A stretch of DNA of 63,305 bases, filler included, from Octopus bimaculoides (taxonomy: Eukaryota): NCBI RefSeq assembly GCF_001194135.2. It is 5 parts of 4 records of this genome, joined end to end, with 100 filler letters (N's around TTAATTAATTAA, not from the genome) between each part and the next. Parts side by side here need not be neighbours in the genome. Positions count along the whole stretch, not along the records: positions 1 to 28,005 come from NC_068994.1; 4 more parts are not named here. The stretch is one strand, 5' to 3'. Each line of letters begins with the position of its first letter. Positions within the stretch are counted from its first letter, which is position 1. The position numbers were made by a program, and so were the translations under genes. This document shows, in pieces, positions 1 to 11,744 of the stretch. Below the pieces are notes generated by a model that was given only the letters and a program-made list of their open reading frames with translations, was not told where the DNA came from and did no database searches.

Positions 1-90
1 GAAATATGTGTGGAAAATACAGTGGGCTATGAATGACGTCATAGAATTGTCGGTCGTATTGCCTTCTTGCGTCAATATTTCGCCGCCTTA

Positions 91-325
91 AGGCGGCGAG
101 CTGGCAGAAACGTTAGCACGCCGGGCGAAATGCTTAGCGGTATTTCGTCTGCCGTTACGTTCTGAGTTCAAATTCCGCCGAGGTCGACTTTGCCTTTCAT
201 CCTTTCTGTGTCGATAAATTAAGTACCAGTTACGCACTGGGGTCGATGTAATCAACTTAATCCCTTTGTCTGTCCTTGTTTGTCCCCTCTATGTTTAGCC
301 CCTTGTGGGCAATAAAGAAATAAGA
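91..325 (+). mobile_element. SINE-like family A, near-complete copy
   Basis: Head AGGCGGCGAGCTGGCAGAA, B-box-like GAGTTCAAATTCC, body GTCGACTTTGCCTTTCATCC...GTCGATAAATTAAGTACCAG; the same motifs recur about 16 times in the window. Confidence 0.85.
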
Positions 326-591
326 AACGTTAGCTGGGTGAAACGCTTAGCAGTATTTGACAAACTTTGACAAGGCTAAAAACTGTAGTCAATCACTCAA
401 TAAATAAATAAATAAATAAATAGTTAGATAAAACTGGTTGTATGAGTGAAAAAAAGGGAGAAATGTGAAGAAATAACTAATGAACAAAAGAGTGGATTAA
501 AGAAAGAAAGAAGAAAGCTAAATTTCTAGACGAACAAGCCAAATGTTAAGATTAACTTAGATAATGCCTATCTTAGATTAATAGCTAAACA

Positions 592-757
592 TTATCCCAG
601 ACAACCAACGTAGGAAAATTGTTTAATAGGCATAAGAAGTGCATCGACACTTCGCTGATTCTGATCCGTGTGGTTAATAGAAGGTATATTGCGGAGGTGA
701 AGTAAATCATATCTTAGATGTTCATGCAGATAAAGTACCACATGTCCATTTTCGCCG
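592..757 (-). CDS. Candidate downstream or terminal exon of the PLAT-domain gene
   Basis: Acceptor TTTTTTTTTTATTAG| at 758-760. Phase 0 reads RRKWTCGTLSA*; phase 2 reads GENGHVVLYLHEHLRY...VGCLG*. The frame is unresolved. Confidence 0.3.
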
Positions 758-1009
758 CTAATAAAAAAAAAATTATCCTTCAAGAATTCTTGCATGTTAG
801 GATTATATACGAACACCATGAGATATTCAGTCTGTGTATGCATGAGTGGAACTATATTCTTTGGTATTGGACACATTCACTTAAAATCCAACAATGTGTT
901 TGTCTGAAGTTAACGAAGTAGACTCCAAGACAACTTTGGTCGTCAAGCTTTTATACATTACTATCTCGGTCATCTGCACATGGGAAGGTGAGTGAACAGT
1001 TGTTTCTAA

Positions 1010-1205
1010 CATAGGCAAATGGTCAAATATTTTAAGAAAAAGGGGTTAGTCAATTATATCGACCCAGTTCTTAACTGCTATCGAATTTTATCGACACTGG
1101 AGGGATGAACTTAGCTTCAGTGGGATTTGAACTCAGAATGTAAAAAAGCTGGAAGAAATACTGCAAAATATTTCGTACGATGCTTTAATGATTTTGCCAG
1201 TCCAC
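1010..1205 (-). mobile_element. SINE-like family A, degenerate
   Basis: Reverse-orientation motifs ATCGACCCAG...TTTTATCGAC...GGATTTGAACTCAGAA. Confidence 0.7.
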
Positions 1206-1234
1206 CACTCCATATTCAATAACGGTGATAAGCC

Positions 1235-1410
1235 GATAAACCGAACGTGGAGGTCGACTTGCTAGAAATAGCAGCCAAATACCTTGCAAATCACACTATT
1301 CGTTTGAGAAAAAAACACACGGGAAACATACAGGATGGTTACGAATTGAATGCTTTTGATCACAGGTCTCCTCAATCAGTGCTGACCTAAGGCTAGGCAA
1401 CAAAATCGCT
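1235..1410 (+). repeat. Interspersed repeat family E (TTGCTAGAAATAGCAGCC...GCTGACCTAAGGCTA); related copies near 16600-16765 (+), 38920-39000 (-) and 52340-52450 (-)
   Basis: Shared motifs between copies within the window. Confidence 0.55.
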
Positions 1411-1779
1411 ATGATGATAGTTTCTTTTCAACTACGTGTAAAGTTCATGGAAAGAAAAAAATGGAAAATAACAATTTGATTTCTAGATTACTATGTATAC
1501 ATATATATGTTCAGCCCACTGTCATGTCAGCTGCCAAGAAGTTTAGCTATCTCTTCCGTGCTCCGACACTTGCATCTGAGAGTACATTGTATCTTTATGA
1601 GGCCACCACTCGACTTTGTATTGAATATTGTTGTCATTTTTGGGCTGGTAACTACTCTGAGTGTCGACATTTGCTTAACTGAATTCAGAATTCGGTTAAC
1701 ATGGTGCTCCTATTCTTTCTACTAAGTTGAAGTTTTGGGACCATCGCTGAAATATATCTTCGTTGTGCTTTTTTCGATA

Positions 1780-1800
1780 TCTATATTTATAAAACAAAGG

Positions 1801-1866
<66 letters not shown>

Positions 1867-1944
1867 TAGTAGTAGTAGTAGTAGTAGTACATATATACAA
1901 ACTATGCCAATTTAATCCCGAGCAACGCCGGGTATCTCTGCTAG
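1780..1944 (+). mobile_element. Non-autonomous mini-Helitron carrying (TG)n(TAG)n
   Basis: 5' TC at 1780, hairpin CCCG-AGCAACGC-CGGG at 1917-1932, 3' CTAG at 1941-1944, inserted between A1779 and T1945 with no TSD. Confidence 0.8.
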
Positions 1945-2396
1945 TATATTAATATTTCTGATAAANNNNNNNNNNNNNNNNNNNNNNNNNNNNNNNNNNN
2001 NNNNNNNNNNNNNNNNNNNNNNNNNNNNNNNNNNNNNNNNNNNNNNNNNNNNNNNNNNNNNNNNNNNNNNNNNNNNNNNNNNNNNNNNNNNNNNNNNNNN
2101 NNNNNNNNNNNNNNNNNNNNNNNNNNNNNNNNNNNNNNNNNNNNNNNNNNNNNNNNNNNNNNNNNNNNNNNNNNNNNNNNNNNNNNNNNNNNNNNNNNNN
2201 NNNNNNNNNNNNNNNNNNNNNNNNNNNNNNNNNNNNNNNNNNNNNNNNNNNNNNNNNNNNNNNNNNNNNNNNNNNNNNNNNNNNNNNNNNNNNNNNNNNN
2301 NNNNNNNNNNNNNNNNNNNNNNNNNNNNNNNNNNNNNNNNNNNNNNNNNNNNNNNNNNNNNNNNNNNNNNNNNNNNNNNNNNNNNNNNNNNNNNNN

Positions 2397-2505
2397 TTTC
2401 ATCCTTTCGGGGTCGATAAATTAAGTACCAGTTGCATACTAGGGTCGATATAATCGACTGGCCCCACTCACCCAAAATTTCGGGCCTTGTGCCTAGAGTA
2501 GAAAA
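2397..2505 (+). mobile_element. SINE-like family A, 3' part after a gap
   Basis: TTTCATCCTTTCGGGGTCGATAAATTAAGTACCAG...GGCCTTGTGCCTAGAGTAGAAA. Confidence 0.8.
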
Positions 2506-2654
2506 TAATATATTACCTTTCTGCATTTAAACCAATATTGTTTGTAAGTAAATTCTTTAGTAGTCCTAGTAATTTTTAATTTTTGATTTATTTATAGTTT
2601 ATATAAATTATTTTATGTTAATATTTTATCGATTTTTAGTTTTAGATTTAAACA

Positions 2655-2917
2655 TGGACAGATTTTTATTGAGACCTCAGAAAAATGAGAAAGAGAGTCA
2701 TAGCAAACAAGACGGACACCAGAATAAAAAGGCCACCTCATCAGATCGAAAGTATAATGAAAATTACATCCAATATGGTTTTATATTATCGGAAAAAGAC
2801 GACCCAGTTCCTTTTTGTATGATTTGTTTAACAACACTCTCAAATGAAGCGTTAGTTCCCAGTAAACTTCAACGTCATATAATAACAAATCATCCGCAAA
2901 GTAAAAAAGTTTGGTAG
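2655..2917 (+). pseudogene. hAT (Buster/Charlie-type) transposase N-terminal BED zinc-finger fragment
   Basis: RKYNENYIQYGF...PFCMICLTTLSNEALVPSKLQRHIITNHP has the C-x2-C...H-x4-H pattern of Buster/ZBED5-like N-termini; it stops at 2917. Confidence 0.8.
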
Positions 2918-3389
2918 ATATTGTTTTATACTAATGGCTTCTTTCCTCGAACTGCTACTTTCTGGGACTCATTACTATCGTCTATGATATTCAATTCTTT
3001 AAGCTTTCTATCAGTCAACATCTTTTGAATTCGTAGGCCCCTTCTTTCCATTCTTTGTAGCCCCCTATGTTACAGTGACCTTAATCTTATATGGGACAAT
3101 ATTTAAAAAAAAATCAAAGTTCTAAATTGTTCATTGAAAAAATTATACTTAATTTTTTATTATTTCCTTTTCACTGGAAAATACGTTCCCGTAAACGAAA
3201 TATCTTAGATTGTAAAATATCTATCTCCAAGATGGGAATATCTTTTTGTCACCGTAACAAATATCACGTGATATTATATTTAGAGTAATCGCCATAATTT
3301 TAATTCCGTGGTGAATGAATTCTACTTTTTCAAATCAATCTATTTAATTAAAATATAATTAAAACACATTTCTCATATGCAGTTTTGCA

Positions 3390-3455
<66 letters not shown>

Positions 3456-3585
3456 NNNNNNNNNNNNNNNNNNNNNNNNNNNNNNNNNNNNNNNNNNNNN
3501 NNNNNNNNNNNNNNNNNNNNNNNNNNNNNNNNNNNNNNNNNNNNNNNNNNNNNNNTATGTGTGTGTGTGTGTGTGTGTGAGTGTT

Positions 3586-3627
<42 letters not shown>

Positions 3628-3793
3628 TATGTGCGTGCGTGTGTCAAAGACGTTATTATTGTTTCAGTATCAATTAATTAGAAATGTAACATTTGTTGTT
3701 ACACACAATAGCAAAGGAATGTCGCTAGGATTACCTGTCTCCAAGGGAGATAAATCTAATAAGATCAGTAATCTCGCTTTGAGGAGGACAAAC

Positions 3794-3840
<47 letters not shown>

Positions 3841-4004
3841 GAGAGAGAGAGAGAGAGAGAGAAGACAAACAGAGACAGTGAGATGGTAACAAACTGCTAA
3901 TCATATAAGTTCTTATTTTCAACTGATCAGACAGTTTAACAATAAGAATTTCTCCCTAGCGATATAGAAAGGCAATGTAGAAACGAAAAAGTACCTCCAC
4001 TTAC

Positions 4005-4201
4005 TTTTACTTTTGCACACCTGGTTTCACATTTAACCAGCATTCTGTTTGGATGTATTATTCCGTCATCATTCGGGCAAAATACTTCTTTAACGACTGA
4101 GGTGGGCGTTTGGGAAGAGTATGTCAGCATCTTCGTTAAGGAGCCACTGTTGCTGATCAGGTTCACATGTCTTATCCCTTCGCCAGATATTGACATCAGA
4201 A
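4005..4201 (-). CDS. Candidate exon of the PLAT-domain gene (197 nt, phase 1 to 0)
   Basis: Acceptor TTTTCTGATCTAG| and donor AAA|GTAAGT; open frame LMSISGEGIRHVNL...VFCPNDDGIIHPNRMLVKCETRCAKVK. Confidence 0.55.
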
Positions 4202-4339
4202 CTAGATCAGAAAATAAAGCAATATAACAAAAGTAATTTTTGTCGGAAGTAAAACGTAAGAAGAAATACCACAAAAGTACTTTTTCGGCTCTCTATGAAT
4301 CTTTTTATCCGTCACCCAACCCCAACATAAAAGTGGTTT

Positions 4340-4560
4340 CAAATTTTGGCACAATGCCAGAAATTTTAGGGGAGTGGTTAAGTCGATTACATCAACCCCA
4401 GTGCTCAACTGGTGCTTATTTTATCGACCACCGAAAGGATAAAAGGCAAACTAAAAACCGGCAGTATTTGAACTCAGAACGTTAAGCCAGAAGAAACATT
4501 GTTAAGCATTTTGTCTGATGCTCTAACTATTCTATCAGCTCACTGCAGTATTCTTTCTAA
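4340..4560 (-). mobile_element. SINE-like family A
   Basis: Reverse-orientation family A motifs. Confidence 0.75.
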
Positions 4561-5924
4561 TTTTGGCACAAAACAATTCTATTTCCCCACTGTCTTCATT
4601 CCCAAAACAATAATGCATAGCCACTTACGTCTTCGTTCGACTATATGCAACCATACACAGCAATGTGCCACCGTGAATGTTTTATCTTTTCTGTATATCA
4701 GAGTTCTTAAACCTTTTATATTAAGTCAGTTTTTGAAATCAATTCTATGCCACAGGGAATCCGTACTTAAAAATTATTATATATGCAATAAAGCCTACCT
4801 AAACCAGAAGCCCTTGCATAAGTGTTAACCTAACCATAATTTGAATTCCAACGAAGGATCATCACGCAGTATCAATGTATGGTATATAAACAACAAAACC
4901 ACCATGTAACAAAAACCCTTTAACAAGTTCAACCCTCCAAGAATGAAGGACACACAAGTTATAAAAGAGATCACAAGTTATAAAAGATTCACAAGCAACA
5001 AGTATATCAAACGCATACTTTCATCATTAGCTGCCTAATGGATATCATTATGGTTTCGACATCTGGCGGTGTCAACAGTGTTAAAAACATAAACGCTGCT
5101 TGAGAACTACATATTAGCACAATATGTCCATTATATCTACTTATTATTTTTGTTAAGTTTTTTTCTCTTTGATGAATTAAATTTCATGAGAGGTTAAGCA
5201 AATCGTAAAACCACCTTTGAAAGTTACTCCAATGATAATCGATCAGACGCCTAAAGTGGGTTGAAAAACTTTCGTTTTAAACAAGATATCGTTTAAACTA
5301 AATTCCTATAAACAGTGATTACACTGTGTAACACGGTTTTTGTCCCAGGGTAGCAACTGTTATTTCCTATTTGCTCACCCTTAGAAAGTATGAAAAATAG
5401 CTAATATTTCCTTCAAACTTTGCTTTTGTTACGATATCTATTCAAACTCCAAAGAATCCCTCTCAACACATAGCCATGATGCTCCCCCATTACTCCTGCT
5501 CATGATCAGAGATACACATGTTGCCAGCCACTAAGGGACATGCTCAAGTGTTTAAGGCGAAGCAACTGACAATCAATCTCTAGGTATTGAGCAGAATATT
5601 TGCTCTAACAATATTTCTGTTTCAGCAACTCAGCGCTGAATCTGTCCGAAATATATTGGAAAATAGGTAAGTTTCAAAACATTAATGTCCAGGGCACAAA
5701 AGCAAAGATTGAAGGGGATAGTAGTCATTTCCTTTGATTCCTAGATAAAAACAAATAGGAAATAACATTTATTGACCAAAGGCAAAATATAATAAGTAAA
5801 TAAAAAGTTTTTTACACCGTATCATTTTCCCAGATGGTTCTTCTTACACATAGATGACAATAACTCCATACTTTAGGTGACATGCTGTGCATGTATAATT
5901 GTTTCAAAGTATTCCACAAGGACA

Positions 5925-6108
5925 ACAATTTTGAGAGGTGGGTATAAGCCAAAAGCATCGACGTCAATTTTCAGTTGGTATTTATTTTATCGACCCCAAA
6001 AGGTTGAATCAGTTTGGTGGTTTTTGACACCAGAATGCAAAGGGTCAAGAGAAATACAGCTTAGCCTTTTGTCCGACGCACTAATAAATCTGCTTGCTCG
6101 CCGCCTTA
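5925..6108 (-). mobile_element. SINE-like family A, degenerate
   Basis: TTTTATCGACCCC...CTCGCCGCCTTA. Confidence 0.7.
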
Positions 6109-6479
6109 TAGTGCAGATATAAAATTGCGAATATAAAAATTAAACAATAAAAATAAGTTTTTAAGATGCATTTAATTAGCCTAATTATTAATATTTCTCG
6201 TGGAATCTTAGGATTCCAGGAAATTGTAGGTAGCGAAACGTTGCTGTACTGAAGAGTACTCTCCTATTGTCTTATCGGTTTCACTTGACTTGCAGCCATA
6301 CATACATACATACATACCACGGAATCTGAATCAAGCTGTTTTGGATGATATATATATATATGTATGTATGTGTGTGTGTGTGTATGTATGTATTCGCCCA
6401 TGCATACACACATGTACACACACACACACACACACACACACCACATTACACCAAACCACCACACACACATAATAATTAC

Positions 6480-6572
6480 TTGCGAAGTGTGTCTGTAGCC
6501 CGAAAGCTGCCAGGTCACAGAGTTTATTTCTTGAGCATTCCGTTATAAGTTTTTCTTTGTCCAAGTTTGAAT
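6480..6572 (-). CDS. Candidate exon of the PLAT-domain gene (93 nt, phase 1 to 1)
   Basis: Strong acceptor TTCTTTTTCTTGTTTCTACTCAACAG| and donor GCAA|GTAATT; only the phase-1 frame is open: SNLDKEKLITECSRNKLCDLAAFGLQTHFA. Confidence 0.55.
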
Positions 6573-6688
6573 CTGTTGAGTAGAAACAAGAAAAGAATTG
6601 TAAAATGGATTTACAGTTGGTTCAGATTTTTCACAGATCCTTGTAAAGGAAGAAAAAGTATAACATCTTTAAAATTAATTGACACTAA

Positions 6689-6870
6689 ACCGGCGAGCTG
6701 ACAGAATCGTTACTGCGCCGAGCAGAATGCCTAGTGGCCTTCCGTCCGACTTCACGTTCTGAGTTCAAATGCTCCCGGAGTCAACTTTCCCTTTCATTCT
6801 TTCGGGGTCGATGAAATAAGTACCATTTCAACAGTAGGAGCGATGTAATCGACTTATCATCGCCCTTGAA
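6689..6870 (+). mobile_element. SINE-like family A
   Basis: CGGCGAGCTGACAGAATCGTT...GTTCTGAGTTCAAAT...GGGGTCGATG. Confidence 0.8.
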
Positions 6871-7910
6871 GTTTCTGGTATATAGTACGTATTTTATCAT
6901 CAACGTTGGGTGTGATGAAAAGCAAAAATGTTAACGGATTTGGATTTAAGATAAAGAGATATAAAACTAAATACAATAAATAATTTTCTCTCTGGTTGAT
7001 TAAAGATAGGAAGAACAACCAGTCAAAAATATTCTTATAAACATGTAGACAGTAAAATTAAGTGAACTTAGTTCATTCCATCTGCCTTTCTTCTTTCATA
7101 TCATTCATTAAATTTCTCAGCGTAATTACACAATCGGTTTCTTATAATACAGGGGGTGGGGTGAGATACAATTCTATTGTTTTCCTTCTTTTTATAGTTA
7201 TTTTTTTTCTTTTTCATTAACCCTACCGAAATCACATGTAAAAGAAAGTTAGAAAAATCTGAAATCTGCTCCAGCATTGTCACAGCCTCTGGCTGAAACC
7301 GAAAGTAGAGTAATAGAATCTTTAACCAAAGAAAATCGAACTTTAAAACCGATAAGACAAAATGGTATGCAACTCGAATACACAAAACAGAAAAAAAGAT
7401 GAACTGAAATAAGATAAAATGAAATAAATCTTTAAGATATAGTTAGTAGAAAACAGGTAACAGTGAACTCGAAGACAAATCTAAAGAAAATGTCTCAGAA
7501 ACAGAGGAAACAAGTATTGCTGACCTCTGAAATCGATAAAAAAAATCTATTACAATATGTAAAATAGATAATATCAAACAAATATCACAGATGCTTTAAC
7601 CGATTAATGAGAGGAGGATAGACCTAAAATTGAAATTGGAGTAGAAATCAGTTATCAATGAGAATTTCAACTCTATTTTAAAATTTCAAATCTTCAGTAT
7701 GCCATCAAGACCGACTGTGCATTTCATCCTTTCGGGTTTGATAAAATAAGAACTAGTTGAGCACCGGGGTTCCGTGGAATTGACTTGCCCTTTCCCTCAA
7801 AATTGTAGACCTTATGCCACAATTACAAAGAAAAATTTCAATCTTTAGTATCAGTCAGGTGAAATTCTTTCAAACTAATTTTCTTGAATAAAATACCAGC
7901 CAATTCACTA

Positions 7911-8035
7911 GGCGGTGAAGTGGCAGATTTGTTAGAATAGTGGATACACGGCTACGCTGTATTTGTTCTGAGTTCAAATCCTGGTGAGGTTAACTCTGCC
8001 TTTCATCCTTTCTATGTCGATTAAAAAATAGCAGT
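7911..8035 (+). mobile_element. SINE-like family A, inverted partner of 8095-8215
   Basis: AGGCGGTGAAGTGGCAGA...GTTCTGAGTTCAAATCC...GCCTTTCATCC. Confidence 0.75.
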
Positions 8036-8094
8036 CCAAAGTAATAAAATAACAAAAACGGTATAAATGTCGAACTAAATACCTTGCGGTATTG

Positions 8095-8215
8095 TTCCCG
8101 AAAAGATAAAAGGAAAAGTCGACTTCAGATGAATTTGAACTCAGAACATAAGGACGAACGAAATGCCGTTGAGTATTTTGCCCGGTGTGCTAACGATTCT
8201 GCCAGCTCGCCGCCT
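8095..8215 (-). mobile_element. SINE-like family A
   Basis: AAAGTCGAC...AATTTGAACTCAGAAC...CTGCCAGCTCGCCGCCTT. Confidence 0.8.
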
Positions 8216-8817
8216 TGCTTTGTGCCTCATATTAATATTTGTTTGGGTTTTAGCTTTGAGGACATGATATCCAGGAATGGAATGACTGCCCAATAACAAT
8301 GACAGGAGCTAACGAGGGTACCTCGTTCTACAATTAATACCTTAAAAAAAAAAACATATTAAATGATACAGTCCTAAATAACCCTCAGCGAAAAAAGAAA
8401 TGAATGTAAAAAAAGTGGAGGGATCAGAGCTGAAATATTTTTAATCATGATTCATCTCAACATCAACAAAAACAACAAGAAATGACCAAGTGAAATCGAC
8501 AATTTCTTTCACCCAATTTTTTAATCAAGAGCGAAAATAGTACTCATGGACCCTTTACAGGGCTTCCAAAACTGATAGGGAGAGAGAAGGAGAAAGATAT
8601 TCTTGAACTGTGACAGGTCATGGCAAGATTTGAACTCAGAATGCAGAGAGATGGAACGAATACTGCAGGATATCTGATCCGACGTTATTATAAACCCCGA
8701 TAGGATGAACTCTGACTACAGAGGATCCAAATAAATACTGTATGGCATTTCTATTCACCTCTAGAGACATTTCTACCTATTGGCAGCAGGAAAAAATAAA
8801 GATTTAGTAAAACTTAC

Positions 8818-8895
8818 CACATCTATTGATATAAATGTAATGTTCGCTTACTGGTCCAATGATAAACATTCTGTATCTCTGTCTTTCTCCATAAA
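8818..8895 (-). CDS. Candidate exon of the PLAT-domain gene (78 nt, phase 1 to 1)
   Basis: Acceptor GATTACAG| and donor TGTG|GTAAGT; reads YGERQRYRMFIIGPVSEHYIYINRC. A second donor GTAAGC at 8846-8851 would give a 44-nt phase 0 to 2 exon, FMEKDRDTECLSLD. Confidence 0.5.
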
Positions 8896-9299
8896 CTGTA
8901 ATCTATTTGAGAAAAAGTAATATTCACTAAATTACTCAAATAAGCAAAGAAATAATTAAAATTTGGCAGTTTTGGGGCGGCTCAACATACACACACACAC
9001 ATGCACACACATATGTATATATTTGTATGCCTGTATGTGTGTGTGTGCGCGCGTATCATTTAATGTACACAGTGTTAAAATAAGAGCTACTAATAGTTTC
9101 TTGTCACGGGGCACCGTAAATAGACTGATTTATATAACACGCCTTGTGTTTCCAAGCAATCTTCAGGCTCAGGGCCACAAGGTCAGTTCTATTTGAAAAC
9201 CTGGACGTTGGTATATAATAAACTATGAAAAAAATCTATGCCATATATAAATGGATCATAAAAATGCAACATATGCGTAGCAGAAAGATCGTATATACT

Positions 9300-10920
9300 T
9301 TTTAGATCCAAGAATCCTATCACACTTCTTAATTGCAGAACCGAAAATTTCAGTAAATGCAAGCGCATAGACGAATTTCTCCTGTCAAACTGGAGTTCTT
9401 TGATTTAAATTAAAATATATAAGAACATTCGGCAGTTCTTTGATCAATGAAATAAGATTGATAGGTTAGAATGCTTAGCAAAAAGGGGAGCTTCCATAAC
9501 TTTAAAAAATCAAAAACTTAATTCTAGCAATAAGCCCACCTGTAGACTTATAAAACCAGTAACAACTGCAATAGGTTTAGTAGCTTCCAAAATACTAAAA
9601 ATTATTAATAAAATTAGGAAGACTACAGAATTACAGCAACAGACAAATAGCAATGTTGTCATAGAAAAGTTTAAGAATGTAAAAGAAAAGCATAGTATTA
9701 GATTTTCACAATTTGATATTGAACTTCTTTGTGGATAATGCAATTGAGTTCATCAGTAATATATATCGATCTTAACAAATCCAAACTTTGACTTTATCAT
9801 GCATGTGCGAAAAATCTCCCTCTTCAGTAAGGGTTCGGCTAGAAGCAAAAAATCTGAACCAGATGAATTGTTTGATGTATCGATGAGAACATCTGACAGT
9901 GCTGATATTTGTGATCTAGTAGGTCTCTTTATATTAGATATACAAAGATCAAAATTTTCCTTCCACGACATTAGTATAAACGGTGATGATGAATTAGGCA
10001 TATCACATGATTGCGATGGACATACACTCAATAAGGAAAAAAATCATTTAGCCAGTTAAGCCTCAAAATCACAGATTTCTTAGATATCTCCCTAAACTTG
10101 TATTCCCACAAAACATTAGAGCCAATAATAGCAATAGGGTATCTACTCTCTCCTCATGTAAAGAAATAATTGATAAGGCAGCCCCTACTAAAATAACGCT
10201 TTGCATAATAGTGGGCTCAAAGAGAAAATAGCTTACACTCCTGCCACAAAAAGTACGAATCCTAAAAATAGACCTAAAAAGATTTTCTTTCGAATGTAAA
10301 AACTAACGCAGCTAGTAAATTCTTTGCCTTAATAGACAAGCATTTCTCGGATAGTTATGAATATTAGAAAATCTTTGATAGATGTTCAGTACAAGTTTTT
10401 TACAGCTGCTGCCCCAACATGAAATATATTATTACACATAGGTCACACCAGGCGCCTACTCTAAAATGTAACTATAGAAACCCATACACTTGCCCACTCA
10501 GCCAGGCATGTATGGTTAGTTAAATGGTCTATGAAGTTAGGTTACTTCAGTTCTACAAAATAATGAGACTCAAAAGAAAAATTCACTGGTTTATTCAAAC
10601 GTGTCTTAAAGATAAGATATGTCAATCACAGGTCTACTTTACAACATGTAGATAAAAAGAAAATCACAAAGTTAACTAGCTATACCTGGGACTTGAGAGC
10701 TAACAATACCCAACACACTATCAAGTAGAGCGTCAAAGAATAACCCATGTCATACGTTGAGGGAGTAAAGGAAGTGCCGGCTTTGTATAACTGAGACATT
10801 TCATATCCTTTTTAAACCCATGGACTCCACCGGCCTACTGAATTCTAGATCCGAAATTTTCACAAAAATTTAAGCATCGGAATAAATTTCTGTTATTGAA
10901 CTGGAAAATACCTACTCTCT
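9300..10920 (+). mobile_element. Degraded Penelope-like retroelement (RT plus GIY-YIG endonuclease)
   Basis: NKPTCRLIKP...FSQFDIE, then HVRKISLF...FDVSMRTSDSADICDLVGLFIL...NGDDELGI (RT motifs), then CNYRNPYTCPL...MVYEV (GIY-YIG region); many stops and frameshifts. Confidence 0.8.
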
Positions 10921-11097
10921 CAGGATGAATCAGGCAATCTCAACTTCAATCTTTCTGTGTTGAATTAACCACCCAACCACTATTAACTCTCATTCTAATG
11001 GATCAAAGTAACACAATTCTTATCTCCACTTCTGTGCTTCTTTTACTTGTTCCCTTCATTCACTTATTGTCTTTCGTTATTTCTCAAATTTTCTCAC

Positions 11098-11128
11098 GGT
11101 ACGCCATCCGACCATCAGAGACATGAAA
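11098..11128 (-). CDS. Candidate 31-nt exon (phase 0 to 1) linking exons 16099-16265 and 8818-8895
   Basis: TATTAG|TTTCATGTC...TACC|GTGAGA, reading FHVSDGRMAY. It supplies the needed phase change, but the acceptor is weak. Confidence 0.3.
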
Positions 11129-11534
11129 CTAATAGTTACTTGAATTTAAATACTGTATGTATGTATGTATGTATGTATGTATGTATGTATGTATGTATGT
11201 ATGTATGCATGCATGTATGCATGTATGTATGTATGTATGTATGTATGTATATCGGGAGATGGATGATATCGTTGATTATCATTGATTTTTAGGAAATTCT
11301 ATAACATTAGGTACATTGTTAATTATTTCATTAAACATCATTCATTTGATAATACTTTCTTAAAGCTAGGTATTTAACATGCAAGTGATAGCCGTGTAAT
11401 GCTGCCAGAAACGGCAAAAGAATGTAACTGACATTGAATATTTACAGCGCAGTGGGAGTGGATGCTCAAGTATTGACAATGATGATTACTTGTCTGTGAT
11501 TGAGCATCCCCCACACGCGCGTACACTTACGCAG

Positions 11535-11660
11535 TTCTTCTTCTTCTTCTTCTTCTTCTTCTTCTTCTTCTTCTTCTTCTTCTTCTTCTTCTTCTTCTTC
11601 TTCTTCTTCTTCTTCTTCTTCTTCTTCTTCTTCTTCTTCTTCTTCTTCTTCTTCTTCTTC
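11535..11660. repeat. (TTC)n microsatellite, about 42 units
   Basis: Pure trinucleotide run. Confidence 0.95.
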
Positions 11661-11744
11661 ATTTCCTGGACATCACTGTCTCAAGTCCTAGAACTCTTCA
11701 GGTTAGTCATCTGGTTTCCATGACGCACGCATACGTGAGCAAGA

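Noticed and set aside
4090-4201. Alternative frame SDVNIWRRDKTCEPDQQQWLLNED (ricin-like QxW) using the 8852 donor
   Set aside because: It requires skipping the well-formed 6480-6572 exon and stops after 36 codons. It is kept only as a secondary model.
5812-5870. Possible terminal exon with a downstream AATAAA (5768-5773, minus strand)
   Set aside because: The acceptors are weak, there are two competing frames, and a better-supported exon exists at 4005-4201. It could still be an alternative end.
7250-7650. A-rich, coiled-coil-like degraded ORF
   Set aside because: It has multiple stops and no diagnostic motif; it may be a LINE ORF1 relic but this is unsupported.
11531-11670. (GAA)n tract on the minus strand ending at a GTAAGT donor, as a poly-Glu or poly-Lys exon
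   Set aside because: There is no pyrimidine-rich acceptor, the poly-Glu frame has an upstream TGA, and the phases do not fit the exon chain.
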